Source: an uncultured Thermoleophilia bacterium (lineage in GTDB: Bacteria > Actinomycetota > Thermoleophilia > UBA2241). From it: 64,000 nucleotides of DNA. Made by a program: the position numbers and the translations under genes. Of this stretch, positions 1-8,536 are shown one piece after another; the first letter of the stretch is position 1, and the number at the start of each line of letters is the position of its first letter. Location of the stretch: contig CAVPCT010000005.1 in NCBI GenBank assembly GCA_963702475.1, forward strand, positions 608,001 through 672,000, in the 5' to 3' direction. The notes under the pieces were generated by a model. The model searched no databases. It was given only the letters and a program-made list of their open reading frames with translations, and was not told the DNA's origin.

Positions 1-370
1 GGCAGCGTCGGGGCGCACATCGGCGCTGCCCACCACGAGGTCGAACAGCACTGCCCCGCAGACCAGCGGCACGCGCGCGGGACCCACCTGCACGCCCCGT
101 CCGTGCGCCTCCAGCCAGCGCATCACGCCGCTGCAGGCGTCCAGGCCGAAGGCGCTGCCGCCGCCGAGCACCACGGCGTGGATGCGCTGCGACGGCGTTC
201 ACGGGGTCCAGCAGGTCGGTCTCACGGGTGCCCGGCGCCGACCCGCGCACGTCCACCCCCGCGACCGCCCCTTCGCCGTCGCAGAGCACGACGGTGCAGC
301 CTGTCGCGGCCTCCTCGTCGGTCCAGTGACCGACCGCAAGGCCGGCGACGTCGGTGAGCGTGCCGTTCAT
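1..370 (-). CDS. P1/S58 (DmpA-like) peptidase, N-terminal part, runs off the window; one frameshift near 190
   Basis: Manual translation from ATG 370: MNGTLTDVAGLAVGHWTD...TGCTVVL...GVDVRGSAPGTRETDLLDP, then IHAVVLGGGSAFGLDA; typical P1 peptidase motifs. Confidence 0.85.
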   Translation of the reverse strand, partial: MNGTLTDVAGLAVGHWTDEEAATGCTVVLCDGEGAVAGVDVRGSAPGTRETDLLDPVNAVAAHPRRGARRRQRLRPGRLQRRDALAGGARTGRAGGSRARAAGLRGSAVRPRGGQRRCAPRRC

Positions 371-462
371 CGGCCCTCCTGCAAAGTCGACGGATCGGGT
401 AGACAATACAGCAGCCGCCCCGGCGGTCGCCGGGGCGGCTCAGCGCTGAGGGGAGGGGATCC

Positions 463-1677
463 GTGTCCGGACACGCCGAGGCTCTGTTCCAGATCTTCCT
501 CGCCTTCATGGCGGCGCGCCTGCTCGGCCACCTGTTCCAGCGCTTCAGGCTGCCGGCAGTCGTCGGCGAGCTGCTGGCCGGCGCCCTGCTCGGCCCGTAC
601 CTGCTCAACGTGCTGCACTCCAGTGAGGTGCTCGACGCCCTGGCCGAGCTGGGCGTGATCATGCTCCTCTTCATGGCCGGCCTGGAGACGCACATCGAGG
701 AGCTGGTGGCCACACGCGCTGCGGCCATCAAGGTGGCCGTGCTGGGCGCCGCCCTGCCGTTCATCGGCGGCGCCCTGGTCGGTCTGCTGTTCGGCTGGAG
801 CTCGAGCTCGGCGCTCTTCATGGCCACCGCGCTCACCGCGACCTCGGTGGGCATCACCGTGCGCGTGGTCCGCGAGCTCGGGTTCCACGAGCGCCGCGCC
901 ATGCGCATCATCCTCGCCGCGGCGGTGCTCGACGACGTGCTCGGACTCATCGTGCTCGTCGTCGTGAGCGGGATGGCGCTGGGGCAGCTGAACGTGTTCA
1001 ACCTCGTCCTGCTCATCGTCGAGGCCATCGCCTATGTCGGCCTCTTCGGCTTCTTCGGCCCCAAGCTCGTCGTGCGCCTGCGCGAGTGGCTCACCGGCAT
1101 GAAAGTCGCCACCCTGTTCGAGGTCGGCGTCATCCTCACCCTCGCCCTCTCCCTGCTCGCCGACTACATCGGCCTGGCGGCCATCGTCGGCGCCTTCATC
1201 GCCGGCCTCACCATGTCGGAGTTGCGTCAGCACACCGGGATCGTCAAGCGCTTCGAGCCCCTGGCCTGGTTCTTCACGCCCTTCTTCTTCGTGCTCATGG
1301 GGACGTACCTGGACTTCGCCGCCTTCGCCCAGCCACTGGTGCTGCTCGCCGTGGTCGTGTTCACCGCGCTCGCCATCGTGACCAAGTACGTCGGGGGCGT
1401 CGTGGGAGCACGCAAGGAGGGGCGGATCACGGCGCGGGAGGTCGGCGCCGGCATGGTGCCGCGCGGCGAGGTCGGCATCGTGGTGGCCGCCTACGCGCTC
1501 GCCGCCGGCGCCGTGAACGACGACGTCTACGCCGCCATGCTGGGCATGGTGCTGGCCACGACCATCCTGGCGCCGTTCATCATCAAGTGGGTGTTCAGGC
1601 GGAAGCCGGGTGACGCGTGCGGCGGCGACGCGACCTGCGACCTCGACCACGCCGCCGCCGTCACGGCGCGGGACTGA
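463..1677 (+). CDS. Cation:proton antiporter (CPA2/NapA-KefB family)
   Basis: 404 aa multi-TM protein; LLFMAGLET, ATSVGITVRV, AAVLDD and GMVPRGEVG motifs; GGGAGG RBS. Confidence 0.92.
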   Translation: MSGHAEALFQIFLAFMAARLLGHLFQRFRLPAVVGELLAGALLGPYLLNVLHSSEVLDALAELGVIMLLFMAGLETHIEELVATRAAAIKVAVLGAALPFIGGALVGLLFGWSSSSALFMATALTATSVGITVRVVRELGFHERRAMRIILAAAVLDDVLGLIVLVVVSGMALGQLNVFNLVLLIVEAIAYVGLFGFFGPKLVVRLREWLTGMKVATLFEVGVILTLALSLLADYIGLAAIVGAFIAGLTMSELRQHTGIVKRFEPLAWFFTPFFFVLMGTYLDFAAFAQPLVLLAVVVFTALAIVTKYVGGVVGARKEGRITAREVGAGMVPRGEVGIVVAAYALAAGAVNDDVYAAMLGMVLATTILAPFIIKWVFRRKPGDACGGDATCDLDHAAAVTARD

Positions 1678-1682
1678 CCTGG

Positions 1683-1775
1683 CGCGGGCTCTGACGGTCC
1701 AGGAGCGACCCCACGCGGGCGCTGACGGTCCGGGAGCGACCCGGCGCGGGCGCGAACGGCGCCGGCACGAGCACC
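1683..1775. repeat. 31-bp tandem repeat, about 3 degenerate copies, between convergent genes
   Basis: Units start at 1683, 1714, 1745: cgcgggctctgacggtccaggagcgacccca / cgcgggcgctgacggtccgggagcgacccgg / diverged third copy. Confidence 0.75.
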
Positions 1776-1780
1776 CTGCG

Positions 1781-2320
1781 CTAGCGGAGACGGCTCACGC
1801 CGGCGAGCGCGTGCTGGAACGCGGCCTCGGCGGCCTCGTCCACGACCGCGAACATGACGTGGCGCAGCGCCGTGCGCCGGTGCTGCTTGAGGTACGCCAC
1901 GGTCTCGGTGATCATGATGCTCGAGCACTGCTGCAGCGGGTAGCCGCAGGCCCCGGTGCCGAAAGCCGGCAGCGCGATCGACCGGGCGTGACAGCGCCCG
2001 GCGGCGGCGAGCGCCGCGCGCGTGGCCTTGGCGATCAGGACGCCGTCGGTCTGCGGCGCACCCTCCGTGAGGGCGACGTGGATGACCCAGCGGGCGATGA
2101 GGTCGTGTCCGGTGGTGACGACGGCCTCGCCCACTTCGATGGGGCCTTGCAGCATGGCCTCGATCTCGATGGCCTCGCCGCCCGCGGCCTTGACCGCGGC
2201 GCCCACGCCATGGTCCATCTCCAGCCGGGTGGAGGACAGCGTGGCGATGGCGTCCACCTCGAGCTCCGTGATGTCGCTGGACGCAACCTCGAGCCTGGTC
2301 TTGCCGACAGACGTCTTCAT
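1781..2320 (-). CDS. Macro-domain (Appr-1-p processing family) protein
   Basis: MKTSVGKTRLEVASSDITELEVDAI...GEAVVTTGHDLIARWVIH...SIALPAFGTGACGYP; start placed at ATG 2320 behind GGAGG. Confidence 0.85.
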   Translation of the reverse strand: MKTSVGKTRLEVASSDITELEVDAIATLSSTRLEMDHGVGAAVKAAGGEAIEIEAMLQGPIEVGEAVVTTGHDLIARWVIHVALTEGAPQTDGVLIAKATRAALAAAGRCHARSIALPAFGTGACGYPLQQCSSIMITETVAYLKQHRRTALRHVMFAVVDEAAEAAFQHALAGVSRLR

Positions 2321-2370
2321 GGCCCTCCACAACCCCGGAAGCAAGAACTGGGACAGAGGGGAGTATACCT

Positions 2371-2412
2371 GCTCGCGGCCCGGGGCTCGCGGCCCGGGGC
2401 TCGCGACCCGGG
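2371..2412. repeat. 14-bp tandem repeat x3 in a divergent promoter region
   Basis: gctcgcggcccggg twice, then gctcgcgacccggg; flanked by -10-like TATACT (minus, 2362-2367) and TAGAAT (plus, 2432-2437). Confidence 0.85.
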
Positions 2413-2483
2413 ACCCGCCGCCGCCCTGCGGTAGAATCGCCCGCGGAGGGGGTGCGGCCATCACCGGCACGACGCTGATCTGG

Positions 2484-3452
2484 ATGGGCGGCGGTTTCGT
2501 CATGGCCGCCAGCTGGGGCCTGGTCTCGGTGGTCAACAAGCGTCTGCTCGACGACGTCCACCCAGTTCCGCTGAACGTGCTGGTCCGGTTCGTCGCCGTT
2601 GCGGGCCTGGTGCTGGCCACGGTGCCGCTGACGGTCTTGGACGTGTGGCCGTACGGCTTCGGCATCGATCTCGAGAGCCTGCTGCTCATCGCAGCCTCCG
2701 CCTGTGTCACGTGGATCGTCGGGTTCACGGCCTACACGTACGCGCTCCGCGCCGGCCGCGTGGGCGTGGTGACGCCACTCACCAGCACGGACCCGCTGTG
2801 GACGGCGCTGTTCTCGTTCGCCCTGGCCGGCGTCGCGCTGCAGCTCTCCACGCTGGCCGGCATGGCGGTGACCCTCGTGGGTGTGGTGCTGCTCTCGCGC
2901 TGGCTCGGCGACACCGCCATGGCGAGCGGCGCGCCGGACGAGATGGCGGCGCCGGTGGGGAGCGCGGGCCCGGCGCCGGCGGCGGCCGGCTCCGCTCCGT
3001 CGACAGCCGCGGTCGTCCTGCCGGCGCTGCTGGCCGCGGCCACCTGGGGCCTCTCCCCGGTGCTCGTGCAGCTCGCTGTGGAGGCCTACGGCGAGCCGAG
3101 CGCGTTCATGATGATCGAGAGCCAGCTGATCGGCGGTCTCGCGCTCGGCGCGTGGGTGCTGTGGCGGCGCGCCCCGCTGTTCACGCGCCGCCTGGACGGG
3201 CCCGCGCGCCGCCGGGTGGTCTGGCTCCTGCTGGCCTCCGGCGCGCTCGAGGTCGTCTTCAGCGTGCTGTTCTACCTCGTGATCGACGAGCTCGGCGCCG
3301 TCCTTGCCATGCTGCTCGCCGCCACGGCTCCGGTGTTCGGCGTGATCGCGGGGGTCACGCTGCTCAAGGAGCGGCTCACGGCGCGGCTCGGGCTCGCCAT
3401 CGCGCTGACCATCGGCGGGGTGTTCATCGCCGTCGGGGCGCGGCTGGCGTAA
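2484..3452 (+). CDS. DMT/EamA family transporter
   Basis: Two EamA-like hydrophobic repeats (VGVVTPLTSTDPLW; LLAATAPVFGVIAGVTLLKERL); start approximate. Confidence 0.85.
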   Translation: MGGGFVMAASWGLVSVVNKRLLDDVHPVPLNVLVRFVAVAGLVLATVPLTVLDVWPYGFGIDLESLLLIAASACVTWIVGFTAYTYALRAGRVGVVTPLTSTDPLWTALFSFALAGVALQLSTLAGMAVTLVGVVLLSRWLGDTAMASGAPDEMAAPVGSAGPAPAAAGSAPSTAAVVLPALLAAATWGLSPVLVQLAVEAYGEPSAFMMIESQLIGGLALGAWVLWRRAPLFTRRLDGPARRRVVWLLLASGALEVVFSVLFYLVIDELGAVLAMLLAATAPVFGVIAGVTLLKERLTARLGLAIALTIGGVFIAVGARLA

Positions 3453-3488
3453 GGCCGGGAGGCCTTGCTGCGCCGGCCGCGGCGGCTC

Positions 3489-4763
3489 TCACTGCCGGCC
3501 CGCCCCCTCTGCCGCCGCGGCCTGCCGCGCCTCCTCCATCGCCACGCGCCCGGCTGAGCGCTGCCGCACCGGGTCCAGGCGCAGGGTGACGATAGCCGCC
3601 GCGAACGCGAACCCGCAGCCGATGAAGAACGGCACCTGGTAGCCGACGTAGTTGAGGACCATGCCCGCGGCCACCGGCACGACGATGGCGGTGGCGTGCA
3701 GCAGGGTGACGCCCATGGCCAGGCTCGGAGCGATGTCCGCAGGCACGGCGATCTTGCGCAGGTACGTGGCCGCGCCGATGGCCGAGAACGGCGCGATGAA
3801 GCTGTAGATCACGTAGAAGACGCAGGCGAGCCACACGTTGCCCATGAGCGCGTACCCGGCGAGCGCGACGATGTAGGCCACGTTGATGGCCGACAGCGTG
3901 GAGCGCTCGCCGTGGCGATCGATCATGCGCCCGGCCCACGGCGAGAACAGCATCGCCACCACGGTCGAGATGATGACCACCAGCGACACGGCCGAGACCC
4001 CCATGCCGAAGCGGCTCACCAGCACCCACAGGCCGAACGAGAAGAAGAGCTGCTGGCGGGCGCCGTCGAGCACGTTGAGCACGTAGTAGTACCGGTAGTC
4101 GCGTCGCACCACGATCCGCTGGCGCGGCAGCTGGGCCGCGATGAGCTTGCCCTCGTGCAGGTGCGGAAAGCCGACGATGGCGACCGCACCGAGCAGCGCG
4201 ATGACGCCGCACGCCACGTACACCTCGTGGTAGAGGTCGGGCCACTGCAGGAAGAGGAGCAGCACGACGGCGGTGCCCACGAGCGCCCCCGCCTGCGCGA
4301 TGCCTGCCATGGTGCCCAGGATGCGGCCACTGTGCGCCTCCTCCGAGAGACTCATGCCCAGCGCGACCTGCGTCTGCAGGACGGTGTGGAACCCGAGGCT
4401 CCCCAGCACCACCCAGGGGAGGACGGTCGAGAAGCTCGTCGCCAGCGCGTACCCGGCCGTCCCGACGGCGAGCACGACGAGGGCCAGCGCCGTGAGACGC
4501 TGCTGCGACATGCGGTACAGCAGCGCCGTGACGAAGATGAGCAGGAGCCCGGGTATCTCGCGGATCGCCGTGATGTAGCCGAACTGCGGACCGCTGAAGT
4601 GCAGGACGTCGGCGAAGTAGTTGGTGGTGACGGCGCTGCTCGTGTACATCGAGAGGCCGAACGCCAGCGACATGGCAGCCAGCATGAGGTAGCCGCGACC
4701 AGGGGGCGTGCGCCAGGTCGCGGGCAGGCGGCGTCCGTGCTCGATCGCGCGCATTGGGTTCAC
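3489..4763 (-). CDS. MFS transporter
   Basis: 424 aa, about 12 TM segments, AGRMIDRHGER loop motif. Confidence 0.88.
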   Translation of the reverse strand: MNPMRAIEHGRRLPATWRTPPGRGYLMLAAMSLAFGLSMYTSSAVTTNYFADVLHFSGPQFGYITAIREIPGLLLIFVTALLYRMSQQRLTALALVVLAVGTAGYALATSFSTVLPWVVLGSLGFHTVLQTQVALGMSLSEEAHSGRILGTMAGIAQAGALVGTAVVLLLFLQWPDLYHEVYVACGVIALLGAVAIVGFPHLHEGKLIAAQLPRQRIVVRRDYRYYYVLNVLDGARQQLFFSFGLWVLVSRFGMGVSAVSLVVIISTVVAMLFSPWAGRMIDRHGERSTLSAINVAYIVALAGYALMGNVWLACVFYVIYSFIAPFSAIGAATYLRKIAVPADIAPSLAMGVTLLHATAIVVPVAAGMVLNYVGYQVPFFIGCGFAFAAAIVTLRLDPVRQRSAGRVAMEEARQAAAAEGAGRQ

Positions 4764-4783
4764 GTTCCGGGCTCCTTCGCAGA

Positions 4784-4827
4784 CGCGAAAGGGGCGGCGG
4801 CCCTGCCGGGCCGCCGCCCCTTTCGCG
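4784..4827. terminator. Perfect 20-bp-stem hairpin just after sdhB
   Basis: cgcgaaaggggcggcggccc-TGCC-gggccgccgcccctttcgcg immediately 3' of the sdhB stop. Confidence 0.75.
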
Positions 4828-4830
4828 GCC

Positions 4831-5557
4831 TCACTTCGTCTTGCCGAACAGCCTCCGGCGCACGGCCGCCATCTTGAGCCACTGGATGCCCTCCGTCGGG
4901 TTCAGCTCCTTCGGGCAGGCCTCCACGCAGTTGGTGATCGTGTGGCAGCGGTAGGCGCCACGCTCGTTGTCCCACATCGGCATGCGATCCTTGACGGCCT
5001 CGTCGCGCGAGTCCACCTCGAAGCGGTACGCCTTGAGCAACGCGGCCGGGCCCAGGTAGTTGTCCTCGGTCCACACCGACGGGCAGCTGCTGTAGCAGGC
5101 CCCGCACAGGATGCAGTCGATCGGCATGTTCATCTTGAGCCGGTCCTTGGGCGACTGCAGGATCTCGCGCTCGGGCTCCTTGCGAGTGGCGGATGAGCCA
5201 CGGCTTGACGTACTCGTACTTGGCGAAGAAGTCGGTCATGTCGCAGACCAGGTCCTTCACCAGCGGCAGGTGCGGCAGCGGCTCCACGGTGATCACGTCG
5301 GCGTGCACGTGCAGCACGTTGGTCTGGCAGGCCAGGCGGTAGCGCCCGTTGATGTACATGGCGCACGAGCCGCACACGGCGGCGCGGCAGCAGTAGCGGA
5401 ACGAGAGCGTGCCGTCGAGGTGCTCCTGGATGTGGAAGAGCGACTCCAGCACGGTGATGTGCGACTCGTACGGCACCACGAAGTCGTCGTACCGCGCGAC
5501 CTTGGGGTCGTCCTTGGCGGGGTCGAAGCGCTTGATATGCAGTTTGACCTCGGGCAT
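4831..5557 (-). CDS. sdhB: Succinate dehydrogenase/fumarate reductase Fe-S subunit (frameshift near 5185)
   Basis: SFRYCCRAAVCGSCAMYING...LAC in one frame; CILCGACYSSCP and CHTITNCVEACP in the next; ATG overlaps the sdhA stop. Confidence 0.92.
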
Positions 5558-7263
5558 CAGTAGACACGCTCCTGTGGCTCGAAGAACCCGAGCGTGACCG
5601 GCCGGTAGGTGAGCACCGGTCCTTCGGGGCGGTAGCTGGCCATGGTGTGCCTCAGCCAGTGCTCGTCGTCGCGCGTGGGGAAGTCGGTGCGCGCGTGCGC
5701 GCCGCGCGACTCGGTGCGCGCGATGGCGCCCTGGGCCACGCACAGCGTGAGGTCGAGCATGCCCTCCAGCTCCAGGGTGCGCATCATGTCCAGGTTGAAG
5801 ATGCCGCCGGCGTTGCGCAGGCCGAGACGGGTGCAACGCTCCTTGAGCTTGAGCAGGCGCTCCAGGCCCTCGCGCATGGTGCGCTCGTCGCGGAACACGC
5901 CGTAGTGCTCCTTCATCGTCGTGGTCATGATCTCGCGGATGTCGTACGGGTCCTCGCCGTCCTTGCCGCGGGAGGCGAGGCTCGCGATGCGCGTCTCGAC
6001 GGCGGCCACCGCCTCGGCCGCGGCGAGCGACGGGTCGGGGCCGGACTCGCCGCCGAGCAGGTCCGCGGCCACGGCCGCGCCGGCGCGGCGGCCGAACACG
6101 ATGGTCTCGAGCAGCGAGTTGCCGCCGAGCCGGTTGGCGCCGTGCACGCTCACGCAGGCGCACTCGCCGGCGGCGTACAGGCCCTTCATCGGCGTGCGTC
6201 CGTCGACGTCGCAGTCGATGCCGCCCATCGAGTAGTGCTGGCTGGGCACGATGGGCACCGGCTCCTCCACCGGGTCGACGCCCTCGAAGTGGATGGCCAG
6301 GTCGCGGATGCCGGGCAGGCGCTCCTTGATGCGCTCGGCGCCGAGGTGCCGCAGGTCCAGGTACACGTAGCCCTGGCCGTCGATGCCGCGGCCCTCGTTG
6401 ATCTCGGTCTGGATGGAGCGCGCCGTGATGTCGCGCGGGGCGAGCTCCATGGCCTTGGGTGCGTAGCGCGCCATGAAGCGCTCGCCGTCGTTGTTGATGA
6501 GGTAGGCGCCCTCGCCGCGGGCCCCCTCGCTCATGAGGATGTTGGTGGTGAGCAGGCCCGTGGGGTGGATCTGCACGAACTCCATGTCCTCCATGGGCAC
6601 GCCGGCGTAGTAGCAGATCGCCCCGCCCCAGCCGGTGCTGATGATGGCGTTGGTGCTGTTGCTGTAGAGGCGGCCGGCGCCGCCGGTGGCCATGACCACG
6701 GCGTCGGCCGTGAAGGCGTGGAAGCCGCCGTTGATCATGTCGTAGACGGTGACGCCGCGGCACACGCCGTCCTGCACGATGAGGCTGGTGACGAAGACCT
6801 CCACGTACATCTTCACCTGGCGCTCGTAGGCGCGCTCCACGAGGCAGTGCAGCAGGTAGTGGCCGGTCTTGTCGGCGCCGTAGCAGGTCCTTGGAAAGCC
6901 GGCGCCGCCGAACGGCCGCTGGGCGATGCGCCCGTCGTCGAAGCGGCTGAACGGGCAGCCCCAGTGGTCCATCTCGAAGATGACCCCCGGCGCGTCCTTG
7001 GTCATCTGCATCACGGCGTCCTGGTCGGCCAGGTAGTCCGAGCCCTTGATGGTGTCGAAGCCGTGCTTCTCGGGGGTGTCGTCGTGGCCCTCGGGGTGGT
7101 TGGCCAGCGCGGCGTTGATGCCGCCCTGCGCCGCGCCGGAGTGGCTGCGCCCGGGGTGGACCTGGCTGATGATGGCGACGTCCAGGCCGTCGGCCTTGGC
7201 CTCGACGGCGGCGCGGCACCCCGCGAGCCCGCCGCCGACGACGATGAGCTGGTGGTGTGGCAT
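5557..7263 (-). CDS. sdhA: Succinate dehydrogenase/fumarate reductase flavoprotein subunit
   Basis: GGGLAG, RSHSGAAQGG (FAD His), EFVQIHPT, SEGARGEG, HGANRLGGNSL, ESRGAH. Confidence 0.96.
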   Translation of the reverse strand: MPHHQLIVVGGGLAGCRAAVEAKADGLDVAIISQVHPGRSHSGAAQGGINAALANHPEGHDDTPEKHGFDTIKGSDYLADQDAVMQMTKDAPGVIFEMDHWGCPFSRFDDGRIAQRPFGGAGFPRTCYGADKTGHYLLHCLVERAYERQVKMYVEVFVTSLIVQDGVCRGVTVYDMINGGFHAFTADAVVMATGGAGRLYSNSTNAIISTGWGGAICYYAGVPMEDMEFVQIHPTGLLTTNILMSEGARGEGAYLINNDGERFMARYAPKAMELAPRDITARSIQTEINEGRGIDGQGYVYLDLRHLGAERIKERLPGIRDLAIHFEGVDPVEEPVPIVPSQHYSMGGIDCDVDGRTPMKGLYAAGECACVSVHGANRLGGNSLLETIVFGRRAGAAVAADLLGGESGPDPSLAAAEAVAAVETRIASLASRGKDGEDPYDIREIMTTTMKEHYGVFRDERTMREGLERLLKLKERCTRLGLRNAGGIFNLDMMRTLELEGMLDLTLCVAQGAIARTESRGAHARTDFPTRDDEHWLRHTMASYRPEGPVLTYRPVTLGFFEPQERVY

Positions 7264-7275
7264 TCCTTGCTCCCC

Positions 7276-7644
7276 TCAGCTCACCCAGACCCAGAGGGCC
7301 CAGATCCCGAAGATGACGGCGGCGATGCCGACGACCCAGAGCACGACGTCGAAGGCCTTGCGGCCGCCCGAGCTGCTGAGGCCCCAGTCGAGCACGACCA
7401 TGCGCAGGCCGTTCAGCCCGTGGTAGACGACGGCGAGCAGCAGCACGATGTCGTTGATCAGCACGCGCCGGCCGGCCAGCCGCTCGCCGATGTTGTCGAA
7501 GCTCAGCTCGCCGATGGCCACGTAGTGCGTGAGCACCAGGTGGATCAGGATGGTGACGATGACGAGCACCGCGGTGACGCGCTGGCCCAGCCAGGGCCAC
7601 ATGCCGCCGCGGGCCTTGTCCAGGGCTTCCGTTCTCATTGCCAT
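7276..7644 (-). CDS. sdhD: Succinate dehydrogenase hydrophobic anchor subunit
   Basis: WLGQRVTAV, 3 TM, YHGLNGLRMVVLDW heme-His motif; position in the operon. Confidence 0.88.
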   Translation of the reverse strand: MAMRTEALDKARGGMWPWLGQRVTAVLVIVTILIHLVLTHYVAIGELSFDNIGERLAGRRVLINDIVLLLAVVYHGLNGLRMVVLDWGLSSSGGRKAFDVVLWVVGIAAVIFGIWALWVWVS

Positions 7645-7654
7645 GTCGGCCCCC

Positions 7655-8043
7655 TCAGCCCAGGATGAACGACGAGGCCTTGGCGGCGAACAGCGCAAGC
7701 GTGAGCGCCGCCACGAGCATGCACACCCAGAAGATGGCCTTGTGCCGGTGCACGCCGACGCCGAGGTCCATGAGGATGATGCGCACGCCGTTCAGGGCGT
7801 GGTAGAGCACCGCCGCCACGAGCATGAGGTCGAGGAAGACCAGCAGGGGCTTGTCGAAGAACTCGAACAGGTTGTCGATGGCCTCCGGGCCGCCGATGCG
7901 GCCCTGCGAGATCACCCACACGTGGACGAACAGGTAGAAGACCAGCACCAGGCCGCTGATGCGGAAGAGCATCCAGGCCCACATGCCCTGCCCTTCCACA
8001 ACCCGGCCCCGACGTTGGCCTGCTCGCGCTCCTTGACGGCCAA
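7655..8043 (-). CDS. sdhC: Succinate dehydrogenase cytochrome b556 subunit (frameshift near 7990)
   Basis: GMWAWMLFRISGL...YLFVHV...LYHALNGVRIILMD; TTG start after GGAGGTG RBS inferred. Confidence 0.85.
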
Positions 8044-8333
8044 GACAGGCACCTCCCCGGCTTCTCTCTCGTGACGGCGCTCGCGCGCGCGGCACTGCAC
8101 TCTCGCGTGATGCGCTCACGCGCGGGCGCACGCACGCCGGCTGCGCTCTGCGCCTTGTGCACTCACGCCTTCTGCACTCACGCGCGACCGGCTCACGCTC
8201 ACGCTCACGCGTGACTGGCTCGCGTGTGACTGCGTGCTGACTAGTTGTGGGATTCGTCCCCCCGCGCGCGAGTCCTAGCGGACCGCGGGGGGCCGGCCGC
8301 CCGGCCCCTGCACGAGGCCGGCCGGTCCGAAGA

Positions 8334-8363
8334 ATGATATCGGCATACCAAAAGTGATGACAA
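8334..8363 (-). promoter_or_regulatory. Putative sigma-A promoter for the sdh operon
   Basis: Minus strand TTGTCA-N18-TATCAT in an AT-rich patch; spacer contains TTGGTATGCCGA, loosely like GntR/FadR boxes. Confidence 0.5.
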
Positions 8364-8536
8364 GGAGCCGGGATGGCCAAAGCCGGGCGCGGGAGGGCTC
8401 CACTTGCGCGGCCAGGTGCTGCTCGCAAGGCACTCGCCTTGATACTCCGCCATGACCCGCGGCGGGACATCCTGCTACTCGTGGCCTCAAAGAGGATACT
8501 GTTGCAGAAGGCCCCCACACACACAGGATCGCGAAC

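Noticed and set aside
1683-1775. Possible mini-CRISPR
   Set aside because: Units are contiguous with no unique spacers, and there are no cas genes.
5130-5200. Programmed frameshift or split sdhB
   Set aside because: No slippery site, and similar single-base indels occur throughout the window; most likely sequencing error.
4760-7600. 946-aa minus-strand ORF and other long Arg/Gly/Pro-rich ORFs (e.g. 24723-27077, 53642-56629, 58887-61043)
   Set aside because: Shadow frames of real genes in high-GC DNA; apart from segments of frameshifted real genes such as sdhB, they show no motifs.
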